Assembly (NCBI GenBank): GCA_963699755.1 | Contig: CAVOVB010000007.1 | Location: 96,001-160,000 of the forward strand | Origin: an uncultured delta proteobacterium | GTDB taxonomy: Bacteria; Myxococcota_A; Polyangia; Polyangiales; Houyiibacteriaceae | Reading direction: 5' to 3' | DNA length: 64,000 bases | Shown here: piece after piece, positions 8,345 through 18,507 of the stretch | How positions within the stretch are numbered: position 1 is the stretch's first letter | How the letters are laid out: each line of letters opens with the position of its first letter | Notes under the pieces: generated by a model | What the model was told of the DNA's origin: nothing | Seen by the model: only the letters and a program-made list of their open reading frames with translations | The model's database searches: none | Made by a program: the position numbers and the translations under genes

Positions 8345-9726
8345 CGATCGTGTTTACGGCTCTGCAGGTTCTCCTACTGGTTCCGATGGCCTGGTTCGTC
8401 GCGCGTTCGAGCACGCCGCGGACGGCTCGCCACCGAGCCAGCTACGCCATGGGTCTGGCGGGCATTCTTGCGCTGACCCAAATTGGATGGCGCGCTCTGG
8501 GCATCTCGATGCCAGCGCCGAACGCAGACTGGATTTCCATGGAAGACCCGCATTCCTGGGCTCCCGCGTTCTCTCTGATCACCTGCCTGATCGGTTACAC
8601 CGCGGTCGCCCTCAGCCCGATCAGCGGAACGCGTCCCAAGACGTTTGCGAGGATCTTGCTTCTCATTGCGGTCGCGTTGGTCTTCTTGGTGATTCGAAAC
8701 CCGATCGGGCTTGCCATCCTCTGGGGCGCTTCGGCGCTGCTCGTATGGCTCGAGCTGCGAGAGATGCGTGCGACTCAGACGACCGCAAGGCTCTTCGCCA
8801 TCTACCACATCCCGAGCGTGGTGGCGCTGGGCATTGGCGCCGTACTTCTCAGTCGAGGCCAGTCCGCTGTGGGGCTGGTGTTCCTGCTCATAGGCATCGG
8901 AATCCGCGAAGCGGTGATCCCGCTCCAGAGCTGGTTCCCGCCCTTCGTGCAATACGCACCCATGGGCCTGGTGGTTGCGTTCTTTGCTCCCCAGCTCGGT
9001 GTCTATGCGCACCTGGAGTTGCTCAAAGGCGAGCTCCCGCAGCAGCTAGCTCATGGTGTGGCAGCTCTTGGCGCGGTCACCGCAGTAGTCGCCGCGGGGC
9101 TGGGCATTGCGCAAACGGACGCGAGGCGTGCCCTCGGATTCCTGATCATCAGCCAGACGGGCCTCGTGGCCTTCGGCCTCGATGCGAGGTCTCCAGTTGC
9201 CCAGATCGGTGCATTGCTGACCTGGCAAGTGATCGGCCTGGCGACCGCTGGGTTCGCCATGACCCTGGCGTCACTCGAAGCCCGGCGGGGGAGCCTTTCG
9301 ATGCGGGTGCCAGCGGGCAGCTTCACCCGGACACCTCGCATGGCTGTTTCTTTTCTCTTCATGGGTTTCGCGAGCGTCGGTCTCCCGCTCACGCTCGGGT
9401 TCGTAGCCGAAGATCTGCTGGTACAGGGATCGGTCGACGAGTTCCCCTTGCTTGCCTTCGCGTTGATCGTGGCCACTGCGCTCAACGGCGTTTCGGTCAT
9501 GCGGGCCTTCTTCACGCTGTTCAGCGGTTCCGCGAAGCACATCGGAGAGCGCGATCTGACCAGGCGAGAAGCAGCGGTACTGACGGTATTGATGGCCACG
9601 CTGCTGATCACGGGGCTCTTTCCCGGTGGGACCGTACGCCGCCTCGAGGGAATCACCGAACCCCGACAAGCGCCCGCTACCCTCGTGGAGACTTCCGGCG
9701 TCTTGCGCGCCTTGCAACGGCCTTGA
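8341..9726 (+). CDS. Second proton-conducting transporter subunit (NuoM/MrpD-like), 461 aa
   Basis: ATG 8341 with ATGA overlap; multi-TM; IPLQSWFP and ASVGLPLTLGFVAEDLL. Confidence 0.8.
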   Translation: MTIVFTALQVLLLVPMAWFVARSSTPRTARHRASYAMGLAGILALTQIGWRALGISMPAPNADWISMEDPHSWAPAFSLITCLIGYTAVALSPISGTRPKTFARILLLIAVALVFLVIRNPIGLAILWGASALLVWLELREMRATQTTARLFAIYHIPSVVALGIGAVLLSRGQSAVGLVFLLIGIGIREAVIPLQSWFPPFVQYAPMGLVVAFFAPQLGVYAHLELLKGELPQQLAHGVAALGAVTAVVAAGLGIAQTDARRALGFLIISQTGLVAFGLDARSPVAQIGALLTWQVIGLATAGFAMTLASLEARRGSLSMRVPAGSFTRTPRMAVSFLFMGFASVGLPLTLGFVAEDLLVQGSVDEFPLLAFALIVATALNGVSVMRAFFTLFSGSAKHIGERDLTRREAAVLTVLMATLLITGLFPGGTVRRLEGITEPRQAPATLVETSGVLRALQRP

Positions 9727-10594
9727 ACACGCGCTGAAACATGGCGGCGTCTGCCGTCACGGGCTCGCGCTGGTCGTTCTTGTCACCCGACTCTGGATAC
9801 AGTCGGTAGGCGGCCTGGAGGATGCGATCGACGGCGTTCGGCGCAAGACCGTAGGCGAATTCGAAGAGGTTTCCGACCGGAGTGGCTACCCGCTTCGGCT
9901 GGTGAATGATGCCGTGCACCACGAGGTCGGCCGCCTCTTCGGCACTCCTCATGGGGAACGAGTCATAGATGGTCGTCGATTCCATCATTGGCGTCTTGAC
10001 GAGAGGCATGTAGATCGTCGTCACCTTGACCCCATCCTGCAGCGCTTCCACGGCCAGCACCCGGCTGAAGGCGTCGAGCGCGGCCTTGCTGGCGATGTAG
10101 GCCCCGTAACGCGGAACGTTCACTTGAACACCGATGGTCGACACGTTGAGGATCTGCCCGTTTCGCTGCGCGCGCATACCCGGAACGAAACCCATGATCA
10201 GGCGTACCGCGCCAAGGAAATTGAGCGCGAGCGTCCGCTCGAAGTCGTGCACGCGCTCGTACGACTTCTCTACACTTCGGCGAATCGAAATGCCTGCGTT
10301 GTTGACCAAAATGTCGATCTGCCCGTGCTCTGCGAGGATCGTGCCGATGAGGCGCTCGGTATCTTCAGCATTCGAAAGGTCGGCCGGATAGACGAATGCC
10401 GAGCCTCCTCGAGCCTCGATGCTCTGCTTGATCTCAGCAAGCTTGTCGGCGGAGCGGGCAATCAGCAGGACCTTGGCACCTGCCTCTCCCAATCGCATGG
10501 CGAGCGCTTCCCCAATCCCGCTCGAAGCCCCAGTGATGACCACAGAGCGCCCGGATACCCGTTCGCGCAACGCCTTCTCGTCGGTGTCAGTCAC
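9677..10594 (-). CDS. SDR oxidoreductase resembling Acr1-type fatty acyl-CoA reductase
   Basis: TGASSGIG, VNNAGISIRRS, HDFERTLALNF, YIASK, IYMPLVKTPM. Confidence 0.75.
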   Translation of the reverse strand: MTDTDEKALRERVSGRSVVITGASSGIGEALAMRLGEAGAKVLLIARSADKLAEIKQSIEARGGSAFVYPADLSNAEDTERLIGTILAEHGQIDILVNNAGISIRRSVEKSYERVHDFERTLALNFLGAVRLIMGFVPGMRAQRNGQILNVSTIGVQVNVPRYGAYIASKAALDAFSRVLAVEALQDGVKVTTIYMPLVKTPMMESTTIYDSFPMRSAEEAADLVVHGIIHQPKRVATPVGNLFEFAYGLAPNAVDRILQAAYRLYPESGDKNDQREPVTADAAMFQRVFKAVARRARRRKSPRG

Positions 10595-10667
10595 CGCCTA
10601 ATGGTAGCCGAACCGACCCGACCCACGACGGAAAACATCGGCAAATCGTCGAGCTCGCGCTCGGCTC

Positions 10668-12383
10668 TCAGGGCAAGCGTCGCTGCTCGTCGGGGAGGTC
10701 GAGCGCAAGGGTGCCACCTGGGTTTAGCACGTTCCGCGGATCGAAGTGCCGCTTGAGGGCGCGGAAGACCTCGAGCTCATTGGTTCCGATCTGGCCCTCG
10801 AGCCAGGGAGCGGTCATCTTCCCGATACCGTGGTGGTGGCTCATTGTCGCGCCGGACGCCTGGACGGCGTCGAGGATGCCGCGGTGGAACTCCAGAAACT
10901 CCTGATGCCCCATCTTCGCGATGAAGATGAAATACAAATTCGCACCCTGCGGGTAGCAGTGAGACATGTGCGTCATGCAGACGGTCTGCGGGCGGCTCTT
11001 CACATAGGCGCGCACCTGCTCATGCACTTTCGGAAGCTCTTCCCAGTTGGTCGCGCACTCGAGCGTATCGATCAGAATGCCATAGTCCTGCAAGTCCTCC
11101 CGCATGTAAGGATCGGCAAATCGTCCGTGCTCCCACTTCTTGGTGATGAAGCCGGTCGTGTACATCCCGCCTTGCGCTTTGCAAACCTGGCGGAGGCGGC
11201 GCTTGACCATCGCCGTGTAGGCACGATCGCCGTCGACGGTGCCTAGCATCAGGCATCGCTCTCCCTTCTTGAAGCCTCGTAGGCTCACGATGGTGTCGAT
11301 GGGCGTGCCTTCCACACCGTACAGCTTGAACGCAACGTCGGTCTCCTCTGGATCAGACAAGCGAAAAACCGAAGGAAAGCCGAACTCGCCCTGCATGATC
11401 TCGCGCACGGCCGTCGTCCCACTGTTCCAGTTCGGAAATATGAAGCTGAATCGCCGCGTATTCTCCGGCTGATAGCGAAAGATCTTCAAGGTCACCGAGA
11501 CCAGGATTCCGTAGGCGCCTTCACTGCCGATCATGATTTGGTCGAGGTTCGGTCCGGTGGCGTAGGCAGGGACATCGACGGTTTTGATCGTGCCTGCCGG
11601 CGTGATGTACTCCTGGCTGAGAACCAGGTCCTCAGCCTTGCCGTAGTAAGTCGAATTCTGCCCCGCTCCACGCGTGACCACCCAGCCGCCGGCCGACGAA
11701 AACTCGAACGACTGCGGAAAATGACCGCAGGTGTACGCGTGTGGCGCGTCGAATCGCTCGCGCGCACAGTTGAGCGCCGCTTCGAGCTCCGGCCCGAGGA
11801 TGCCGGGCTCCACCGTGACCGTTTGGTTGACCGCGTTGAGCGAGAGCACGCGCTTCATGTGAATGCCGAGGTGAATCGAAACTCCACCTTTGACGCACTC
11901 GGTGCCGCGGGTCACGCTCGAGCCCGCGCCGTAGGTGTACAGGGGAATCTCCTGCTCGTGACAGCAGCGAACGATCTTCTCGACGTCGTCGCGGTCGCGA
12001 GGATGGAGGACCAGGTCCGGAAGGTTCTCCACCTTGTGCTCACGAAGGCGGAGCGCGTCGATCATCGTCTTCCCGTAAGATGCGCGGAGCCTCGCATAGA
12101 CATCGTCAGTCACGTTCTCATCGCCAAGCAACTCGCGGAACAAGCTCACCTGCTCGGAGCTGAGCGCAATCGAAGCGTCTGCCGTGACCTCTTCGAGGCC
12201 GAGGTTCTGCGGCTTCTCGAAGTGATCGTCGCCGAGGTCAAACGTCTCCTTCATCAAGGCGTAGAGGCGCTGATTCGGGTGCTTGTAAGCCTCGGGGGCT
12301 CCCCACTTGAACGCCGAACGATAGGAACGCTTCGGGAGGGCTCCCTCGAACCACTGCGGAGTGAAGGACTCTCTATCCGTCAT
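10668..12383 (-). CDS. FAD-binding oxidoreductase, alkyl-dihydroxyacetone-phosphate synthase (AGPS) family
   Basis: GAGSSVT, GHFPQSFEFSSAGGW, STYYGK, GSEGAYG, SHHHGIG; ATG 12383 overlaps the GST stop. Confidence 0.8.
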   Translation of the reverse strand: MTDRESFTPQWFEGALPKRSYRSAFKWGAPEAYKHPNQRLYALMKETFDLGDDHFEKPQNLGLEEVTADASIALSSEQVSLFRELLGDENVTDDVYARLRASYGKTMIDALRLREHKVENLPDLVLHPRDRDDVEKIVRCCHEQEIPLYTYGAGSSVTRGTECVKGGVSIHLGIHMKRVLSLNAVNQTVTVEPGILGPELEAALNCARERFDAPHAYTCGHFPQSFEFSSAGGWVVTRGAGQNSTYYGKAEDLVLSQEYITPAGTIKTVDVPAYATGPNLDQIMIGSEGAYGILVSVTLKIFRYQPENTRRFSFIFPNWNSGTTAVREIMQGEFGFPSVFRLSDPEETDVAFKLYGVEGTPIDTIVSLRGFKKGERCLMLGTVDGDRAYTAMVKRRLRQVCKAQGGMYTTGFITKKWEHGRFADPYMREDLQDYGILIDTLECATNWEELPKVHEQVRAYVKSRPQTVCMTHMSHCYPQGANLYFIFIAKMGHQEFLEFHRGILDAVQASGATMSHHHGIGKMTAPWLEGQIGTNELEVFRALKRHFDPRNVLNPGGTLALDLPDEQRRLP

Positions 12384-13561
12384 GTCTTCTGCCTTTCCGT
12401 CGTTTGGACCGGCATGTCCCACGGAGTGCCCATCAGCGCCAGCTTCATCCTCTGCAGCTTCGAGAGCTGGATACGATGGGGTCGAAGGGGAAGCTCGTGC
12501 TCCTCCATGAGCCCCGAGTCGAGCCCTTCGATGAGCTCGAGCGAACCGTAGGGACGGAGCAAGTCGTCGACGGCTTGCCGATCGGGCTTGCTGAGGCTCC
12601 GATACTCCTTCTGCAGAACTTCGAGGCAATAGACGCGGTAACGCACCACCTTGAGATTGCGATAGGTGACGCCATGCGCCTCGTGGTCCACGCGCGACTT
12701 CCCAGCCATCCATGCGCGCGCGGATCGGAGCAGGAACGGCCAGTAGCTCTGCGCGATGTCACGAAGGAAGTAGTTCCAACCCGGTTGCGAGAAATCGCTC
12801 ACAATGGGCTCCCGCCCAAGGCGATGCGCCCGCGCGTTCCAGACCCGTCCGACCCATGCGTAGACGGCCGGTGCTCGCTCCTCCATCACACGACTCGGTG
12901 TCGGATCCTGGGCATAGTGACGGAACATCGGCCCGAACAATCCGATGTCGACCAGGGTCGGATGGCTGCCGAGCAGATACGGTTGCTCTTCGAGAAGCTC
13001 GCTCATCGCATCCAGAAGATCCAGGTATTGCTGCTTCACCTGCGGCTCGGTTTCCGGGCTGACGCCATCGCCGCGCAGGTAGGTCGCCATTTGCCGGCGC
13101 CCGAAGTACCAGCCCGCAAGCCATTTGGGCGCGGGGAAATCGCCTAGCACCTCGTGACCGATCCGCCTCATCAGCAGCTTACGGGATTCGATCGGCTGCC
13201 AGCGCCAATAGAGCGCCGCCCGCCAACACCATTCGTCGGCATAGTCCTCGATCAGCTTCGACATGAAACGAAGGACCGGGTCGCGAGGGATCACCGGGAA
13301 CTCGGGATACGCCGACTCGAGCCAGTCGATCATTGGCGTCGTGTCCTTGAGCCATTGCCCGTTGGCCAGACGCAGGACTGGCACCTTCATCAGCCCGGTG
13401 GCGGGGAGGATTTCGTCTCGCAGGATCTTCACATCGACGACCCGGCGGTCGTATGGGATCTCCTTGTAGCGCAGGTAAGCCTCCATCTTGCCGCTGAAGT
13501 ACGACATGTCAGCGACGTAGGCGGTGATCGGCTCCCAATCGGGATGTCGTGACTCGGACAC
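12380..13561 (-). CDS. Glutathione S-transferase family protein
   Basis: SYFSGKMEAYLRYK, KVPVL, DTTPMI, YLLGSHPTLVDIGL; GTG start with GAGGA upstream. Confidence 0.8.
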   Translation of the reverse strand: MSESRHPDWEPITAYVADMSYFSGKMEAYLRYKEIPYDRRVVDVKILRDEILPATGLMKVPVLRLANGQWLKDTTPMIDWLESAYPEFPVIPRDPVLRFMSKLIEDYADEWCWRAALYWRWQPIESRKLLMRRIGHEVLGDFPAPKWLAGWYFGRRQMATYLRGDGVSPETEPQVKQQYLDLLDAMSELLEEQPYLLGSHPTLVDIGLFGPMFRHYAQDPTPSRVMEERAPAVYAWVGRVWNARAHRLGREPIVSDFSQPGWNYFLRDIAQSYWPFLLRSARAWMAGKSRVDHEAHGVTYRNLKVVRYRVYCLEVLQKEYRSLSKPDRQAVDDLLRPYGSLELIEGLDSGLMEEHELPLRPHRIQLSKLQRMKLALMGTPWDMPVQTTERQKT

Positions 13562-13666
13562 AATGGGTTCCTCAGGATTCTCCGGATCAAATCTTTGGCG
13601 GCACAAGTACCATGTCACAGGACCGGCCGACGCTCACGTTGGGGCGCCAACTTGAAGGAGAGCCAA

Positions 13667-14115
13667 ATGAACGGCAGAGAAATCGCCTCGATCAGCGGTG
13701 CCTCGATGGGCATCGGGAAAGAGCTCGCGAAGATCTCCGCGGCGGACGGTCGCGACTACTCGGTCAACAACGCTGGCTTCGGAGCGAACGGCGCCTGCGC
13801 AGAGCTTTCGCTTCGGTCGTAGATGGATCCGAGGGGATCGCTGAAGAGGTCAAGGGCGCAGGCGTCACCGTGACGGCCCATTGCCCTGGTGCGGCGGCCA
13901 CGAACTTCGCTGGCACGGCGGGCAACGACATGAGCATCCTTTTCAAGCTCGGGGCCGCGCCGGCGGACAAGGTCGCCCGACATGCCTACCGTTCCATGAT
14001 GAAGGGAAAAGCCGTCGGCATCGAAGGCTTGATGAACTGGCTCGCGGCCTTCAGCATCCGATTCAGCCCCCAAGCCCTAGTTCGAAAGATGACTCGCTGG
14101 ATGAATCAGACATGA
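13667..14115 (+). pseudogene. Degraded short-chain dehydrogenase
   Basis: ISGASMGIG followed almost directly by VNNAGFG, then a stop and frame change; SDR C-terminus (VTVTAHCPG) in another frame; no YxxxK. Confidence 0.7.
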
Positions 14116-14819
14116 TGAGAACCGGAGTTCTGACCGTAGCTGGGACGCTGTCCCTTTTCCTCGTCACCTCGTTTGCGTCAGCGCAGGGAGCCTGGTCGTA
14201 CGAACCGACTCCAAGCTCGCCCTACACGAGCAGCCCGATCGAACAGTACCGGCCGCCGTCATCGGCTAGGCAGCAAGCCATGCACCGGGGCTACCTGGGC
14301 TCCTTCAGTCTGGGCGTCCCGGTTTGGTTGAGGGGCGACGGAGACGTGGTGCGGCCAGGCGCGGACCTGGATTTCTTTGGTGGCTTCGACATGGGCTACG
14401 TGGCTTTCGGCCTCGGGCTTGGGGCGATGTGGACACCGATCAACTTCTACAACATCCCCGGGATCGGGGCGGGCTACGACCGTCGGCCGATGACCCGGCT
14501 CTATCTCGCGCCGGAGTTTCGGGTTCAGGCGCCCAACAAGAGCTCGCTCCTGCCGTACGTCGGCATCACCTTCGATTCGAACTGGTGGCGCCTGAGGGAA
14601 ACCGACATCGTCTGTGGAAGCGCGTATTACTACTACTGCGCGCGGACCTCGGTCTTCCGCTTCACCCCTGGAATGACCGCGAAGCTCGGCTTGGCCATCC
14701 GCGTCGCGACCGGAAGCCACATCGACATTGGTGTGAAGTACTCGCTGACCGGCCCCGGGAGTTTCTTCTTCCGACGTGAGCAGTGGATCACCCCATACAT
14801 TGGCATGCTCTTTCGCTGA
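14112..14819 (+). CDS. Secreted protein, probable outer-membrane beta-barrel
   Basis: Signal peptide (FASAQ), alternating amphipathic strands, C-terminal YIGMLFR. Confidence 0.55.
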   Translation: MMRTGVLTVAGTLSLFLVTSFASAQGAWSYEPTPSSPYTSSPIEQYRPPSSARQQAMHRGYLGSFSLGVPVWLRGDGDVVRPGADLDFFGGFDMGYVAFGLGLGAMWTPINFYNIPGIGAGYDRRPMTRLYLAPEFRVQAPNKSSLLPYVGITFDSNWWRLRETDIVCGSAYYYYCARTSVFRFTPGMTAKLGLAIRVATGSHIDIGVKYSLTGPGSFFFRREQWITPYIGMLFR

Positions 14820-14830
14820 GGCCAATCGCA

Positions 14831-16039
14831 CTAGACGTACTTCTTGAGCTCTAGCCGCGCGACCATGCCGCGGTGCACTTCGTCTGGCCCATCTGCGATG
14901 CGAAGGGCGCGCGCCATGGCCAGTAGCCGGGTGAGCTCGAGATCGGACATACCCTCACCACCGTGGATCTGAATCGCCGCATCGACCACCGATTGCAGAA
15001 CATTTGGGGCGATGACCTTGATCGCGGAAATGTCGACCAGCGCGCCGAAGGTGCCCATCGTGTCGAGCGCCCAGGCGGCTTTCATGGTCAAGAGACGTGC
15101 CTGATCGATCGCCATGCGCGAGTTCGCAATGATATCGCGGTTGCCGCCCAGGTTCGAGAGCGGCTTGCCGAAAGCGACCCGAAGCACGGCCCGCTGACAA
15201 AGACGCTCGAGCGCCCGCTCCGCTGCACCGATCGCGCGCATGCAGTGATGGATTCGCCCTGGACCCAAGCGGCCCTGGGCGATCTCGAAACCTCGCCCGG
15301 GGCCGGCAATGATGGCGCTCGCCGGGAGTCGCACGTCCTCGAAGAGGACCTCTGCGTGACCATGCGGCTCGTCGGGATGGCCAAAGACGGGCAACATGCG
15401 CAAGACCTTCACGCCGGGGGCGTCGACCGGCACCAGAACCATGGAATGACGTTCGTGCCGACCGGCGTTCGGATCGGTGACGCCCATGAAGATGTAAAAT
15501 CCGCAGCGCGGGTCACCCGCACCGCTGGTCCACCACTTCTGACCGTTGAGCACGACCTCGTCGCCGACGACCTCGCAAGTCGCCTGCATGTTCGTCGCGT
15601 CGCTCGACGCGACGGCGGGCTCGGTCATCGCAAACGCGGAGCGGATTTCGCCAGCGAGCAGCGGCTCGAGCCACTGCTTCTTCTGCCCTTCGGAACCGTA
15701 CTTGACCAGGACCTCGGCGTTGCCGGTGTCGGGCGCGCTGCAGTTGAAGACCTCCGGCGCCAGAAAGCTTCGCCCCGTGATCTCGGCCACCGGAGCGTAG
15801 TCACGGTTGTCGAGACCGGCGCCGTACTTCTGGTCCGGCAGGAAGAGGTTCCAGAGCCCCAGCTCCTTCGCCTCCGCCTTCAACTCCTCGACGATCGCGG
15901 GAATCTTCCACTCTCTCCAGTCGTCGGTGCCCACCAGCTGGTCGAGATAGGTCTGCTCGTTGGGCACGATGCGCTCGCGGACGAAGCGCTCCGCCTGCGC
16001 CATCACGTTCCGAGCCCGCTCTGAATGCGTGAAATCCAT
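14831..16039 (-). CDS. Acyl-CoA dehydrogenase (ACAD10/11-like)
   Basis: [48 protein letters not shown]. Confidence 0.9.
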   Translation of the reverse strand: MDFTHSERARNVMAQAERFVRERIVPNEQTYLDQLVGTDDWREWKIPAIVEELKAEAKELGLWNLFLPDQKYGAGLDNRDYAPVAEITGRSFLAPEVFNCSAPDTGNAEVLVKYGSEGQKKQWLEPLLAGEIRSAFAMTEPAVASSDATNMQATCEVVGDEVVLNGQKWWTSGAGDPRCGFYIFMGVTDPNAGRHERHSMVLVPVDAPGVKVLRMLPVFGHPDEPHGHAEVLFEDVRLPASAIIAGPGRGFEIAQGRLGPGRIHHCMRAIGAAERALERLCQRAVLRVAFGKPLSNLGGNRDIIANSRMAIDQARLLTMKAAWALDTMGTFGALVDISAIKVIAPNVLQSVVDAAIQIHGGEGMSDLELTRLLAMARALRIADGPDEVHRGMVARLELKKYV

Positions 16040-16132
16040 ATTTCGTCTTGATACCGCATGCAAAGGAACAATTCACGCGGGAACTGCCCAGTTGCGGTGC
16101 TAGGTTTCTCCGGACCGAAGCAGGCGAAGAGC

Positions 16133-17917
16133 ATGGCAGCACAAGGCAACCCTCTGATCGACGACGGCCTCGTCGATTTCATCCTCTACTCGGTTCTCGA
16201 TGCCGAGTCCCTTTGCGAGCTCGAGGTCTATCGGCAGCACTCCAAGGAGACCTTCGACCTCTACATCGACAGCGTGCGCCGATTCTCCAGACGGGATCTA
16301 CTTCCCACATACAAGCCGATGGACGAAGAGCCTCCGGTCTTTCGCGACGGGCGCATCCATACCCATCCTGCACTTCCAGGGCTCTATGAGCAGATGATCG
16401 ATCTGGGCGTGCTCACCGCTACGCGCCCCGAATCGGTCGGCGGCCAGCAGATGCCGATGCTCATCCATACGATGGCAAGCGCCTACCTGATGGCCGCCAA
16501 CCTCAGCGCATATGGCTACATCGGCCTCACGCTGGGTGCGGGACACCTGATTGAAGCCTTTGGCAGCGACGAGCTCAAAGAGCGCTTCATGACCAAGATG
16601 TACGCCGGCGACTGGACGGGCACGATGGCGCTGACCGAGCCGCAGGCGGGAAGCAGCTTGGCCGACATCAGCACCACGGCAAAGCCCACGGACGATGGTC
16701 ACTACCTCATCAAGGGCAGCAAGATCTTCATTTCGGGCGCGGACCACCAAATCGGGGAAAACGTCGTCAATCTCGCCCTCGCTCGAATCGAGGGCGCACC
16801 TGAAGGTACGAAGGGCATCTCGCTCTTCGCAATCCCGAGGCTTCGCCAGGAGGGAGGCGAGCTCGTATCAAACGATGTGACGATCGCGGGAATGATCCAC
16901 AAGATCGGCTGGAGGGGACTGCCGAGCCTGGCTCTGGAGTTTGGCGACGAGGGTGACTGTCACGGCTGGCTCGTCGGAGAGCCCAATCGAGGCCTGCGCT
17001 GCATGTTTCAGATGATGAACGAGGCCCGGATCATGGTCGGCGTCAACGGATTCGCCACGGCTTCGGTCGCCTATCACGAGTCGCGGCTTTACGCGCTGGA
17101 CCGGAAGCAGGGGCGGGCCTTCGGCCAACGTGGCGGCGAGCAGGCTTGCATCATCGAGCACGCAGACGTTCGGCGCATGCTCCTGCGCCAAAAGGCCATC
17201 GTCGAGGGGAGCTTGGCCTTGCTTGGCGCCGTCTCTCTCTACGCGGACCTCGCTGCACATGGAGCTTCGGAAGAGGAACGGGACCGCGCGGACCTGCTGC
17301 TCAATTTGCTCACGCCGGTCGCCAAGACCTTTCCGGCCGAGCGCGGCTTCGAGGCCAACGTGCTCGCCATTCAAATTCACGGCGGCTACGGTTACACGAG
17401 CGAGTACCTACCCGAAGCATACATGCGCGATCAGAAGCTCAACACACTCCATGAAGGGACCAACGGGATCCAGAGCATGGACCTGCTCGGCCGCAAGGTG
17501 ATGACCAAAGGCGGAGCCCCGCTCCGGGCCCTAGCCGAAGAGATCGGCCGTAGCATCGCTCGCGCGCGAGAGGCCCAGTGCGATTCGGAGCTTTGCGTGG
17601 CGCTCGAAGAAGCGGTCGCAACGGTCGGGGCAGTCACCATCGAGCTTGCCCAGCGCGGCATGGCAGGCGACGCCGATGGGATGCTCGGCCATAGCTGGGA
17701 CTATCTCGACATGTTCGCCACGCTGGTCATCGGCTGGCAGTGGCTCAACATGGCCGCGGCAGCAAAGACAGCGTCGATTTCGGAGGCGCGCAGGCGAGCG
17801 ACGGATGCGGCAACGCAGTACTGGATTCGCACCGAAATCCCGCGCATTGCGCTGCTCGCAAACCTGTGTCGCACGAACGAGGATTCGTACATCAGAGCGG
17901 AAGCCGATTGGTTCTGA
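16133..17917 (+). CDS. Long-type acyl-CoA dehydrogenase (about 594 aa)
   Basis: GTMALTEPQAGSSL, KIFISG, MFQMMNEARI, IQIHGGYGY, HEGTNGIQSMDLLGRK. Confidence 0.9.
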   Translation: MAAQGNPLIDDGLVDFILYSVLDAESLCELEVYRQHSKETFDLYIDSVRRFSRRDLLPTYKPMDEEPPVFRDGRIHTHPALPGLYEQMIDLGVLTATRPESVGGQQMPMLIHTMASAYLMAANLSAYGYIGLTLGAGHLIEAFGSDELKERFMTKMYAGDWTGTMALTEPQAGSSLADISTTAKPTDDGHYLIKGSKIFISGADHQIGENVVNLALARIEGAPEGTKGISLFAIPRLRQEGGELVSNDVTIAGMIHKIGWRGLPSLALEFGDEGDCHGWLVGEPNRGLRCMFQMMNEARIMVGVNGFATASVAYHESRLYALDRKQGRAFGQRGGEQACIIEHADVRRMLLRQKAIVEGSLALLGAVSLYADLAAHGASEEERDRADLLLNLLTPVAKTFPAERGFEANVLAIQIHGGYGYTSEYLPEAYMRDQKLNTLHEGTNGIQSMDLLGRKVMTKGGAPLRALAEEIGRSIARAREAQCDSELCVALEEAVATVGAVTIELAQRGMAGDADGMLGHSWDYLDMFATLVIGWQWLNMAAAAKTASISEARRRATDAATQYWIRTEIPRIALLANLCRTNEDSYIRAEADWF

Positions 17918-17920
17918 CTC

Positions 17921-18382
17921 TCAGCGTGACTTCTTCTCCGTAATCTTGCGGCGACAGACCTTGTTGATGAGTCGGAGCTCTTCGATCTTCTCTTCGATTT
18001 GCCGCTTCTTGGTTTCGAGCTCGGCGATCATCTCCGCACTTCGCGCCGCCGAAATCTCGAGTTGCTTCAGGCGTCCCTCACCCTGGTTGCCGTAGAGGTC
18101 CAAGTAGTCCTTGGTTTCCCCGAGGCTGTAGCCGAGAGACTTGGCGCGAACGATGATGTGAAGGCGTGCCCGATCGCGGCGCGAGTAGATTCGAGCTCCG
18201 CTCAGTCTCTTCGGTGACAGAAGCCCCTTGGACTCGTAGAAGCGGATCGCCCGGTGGGTAATGCCGAACTCATCGGCAAGCTCGGATATCGAGAAGAAAT
18301 CGGGCGCTTCGCCCTCACCGTGTGCCTGGACGAATGCCTTTGCCCCGTCGTCCCGGGCAGTGGTCTTCGATGGCGCGGTCAT
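17921..18382 (-). CDS. MerR-family transcriptional regulator, LiuR-like
   Basis: FSISELADEFGITHRAIRFYESKGLLSP, RIYSRRDRARL, LGYSL, C-terminal coiled coil. Confidence 0.85.
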   Translation of the reverse strand: MTAPSKTTARDDGAKAFVQAHGEGEAPDFFSISELADEFGITHRAIRFYESKGLLSPKRLSGARIYSRRDRARLHIIVRAKSLGYSLGETKDYLDLYGNQGEGRLKQLEISAARSAEMIAELETKKRQIEEKIEELRLINKVCRRKITEKKSR

Positions 18383-18446
18383 CCAGGCGGACAATAGCGC
18401 TATGCGCTTTCCACATCAAGAGTTGAGTTACGTCTATCGTCATTAC

Positions 18447-18462
18447 TTGACGTTAACGTAAA
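18447..18462. promoter_or_regulatory. Palindromic operator (LiuR-box-like) in the divergent promoter
   Basis: TTGACGTTAACGTAAA, one mismatch from a perfect palindrome, between the regulator and the BKACE operon. Confidence 0.7.
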
Positions 18463-18507
18463 GATAGCTTAGGAGTGCAGCGTAGCTCTGGAAGCTGGAG
18501 GAAGCAG

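Noticed and set aside
6977..9726. Respiratory complex I or Mrp antiporter fragment
   Set aside because: No other nuo or mrp genes are present, and coupling to DUF2309 indicates a DAB-type system.
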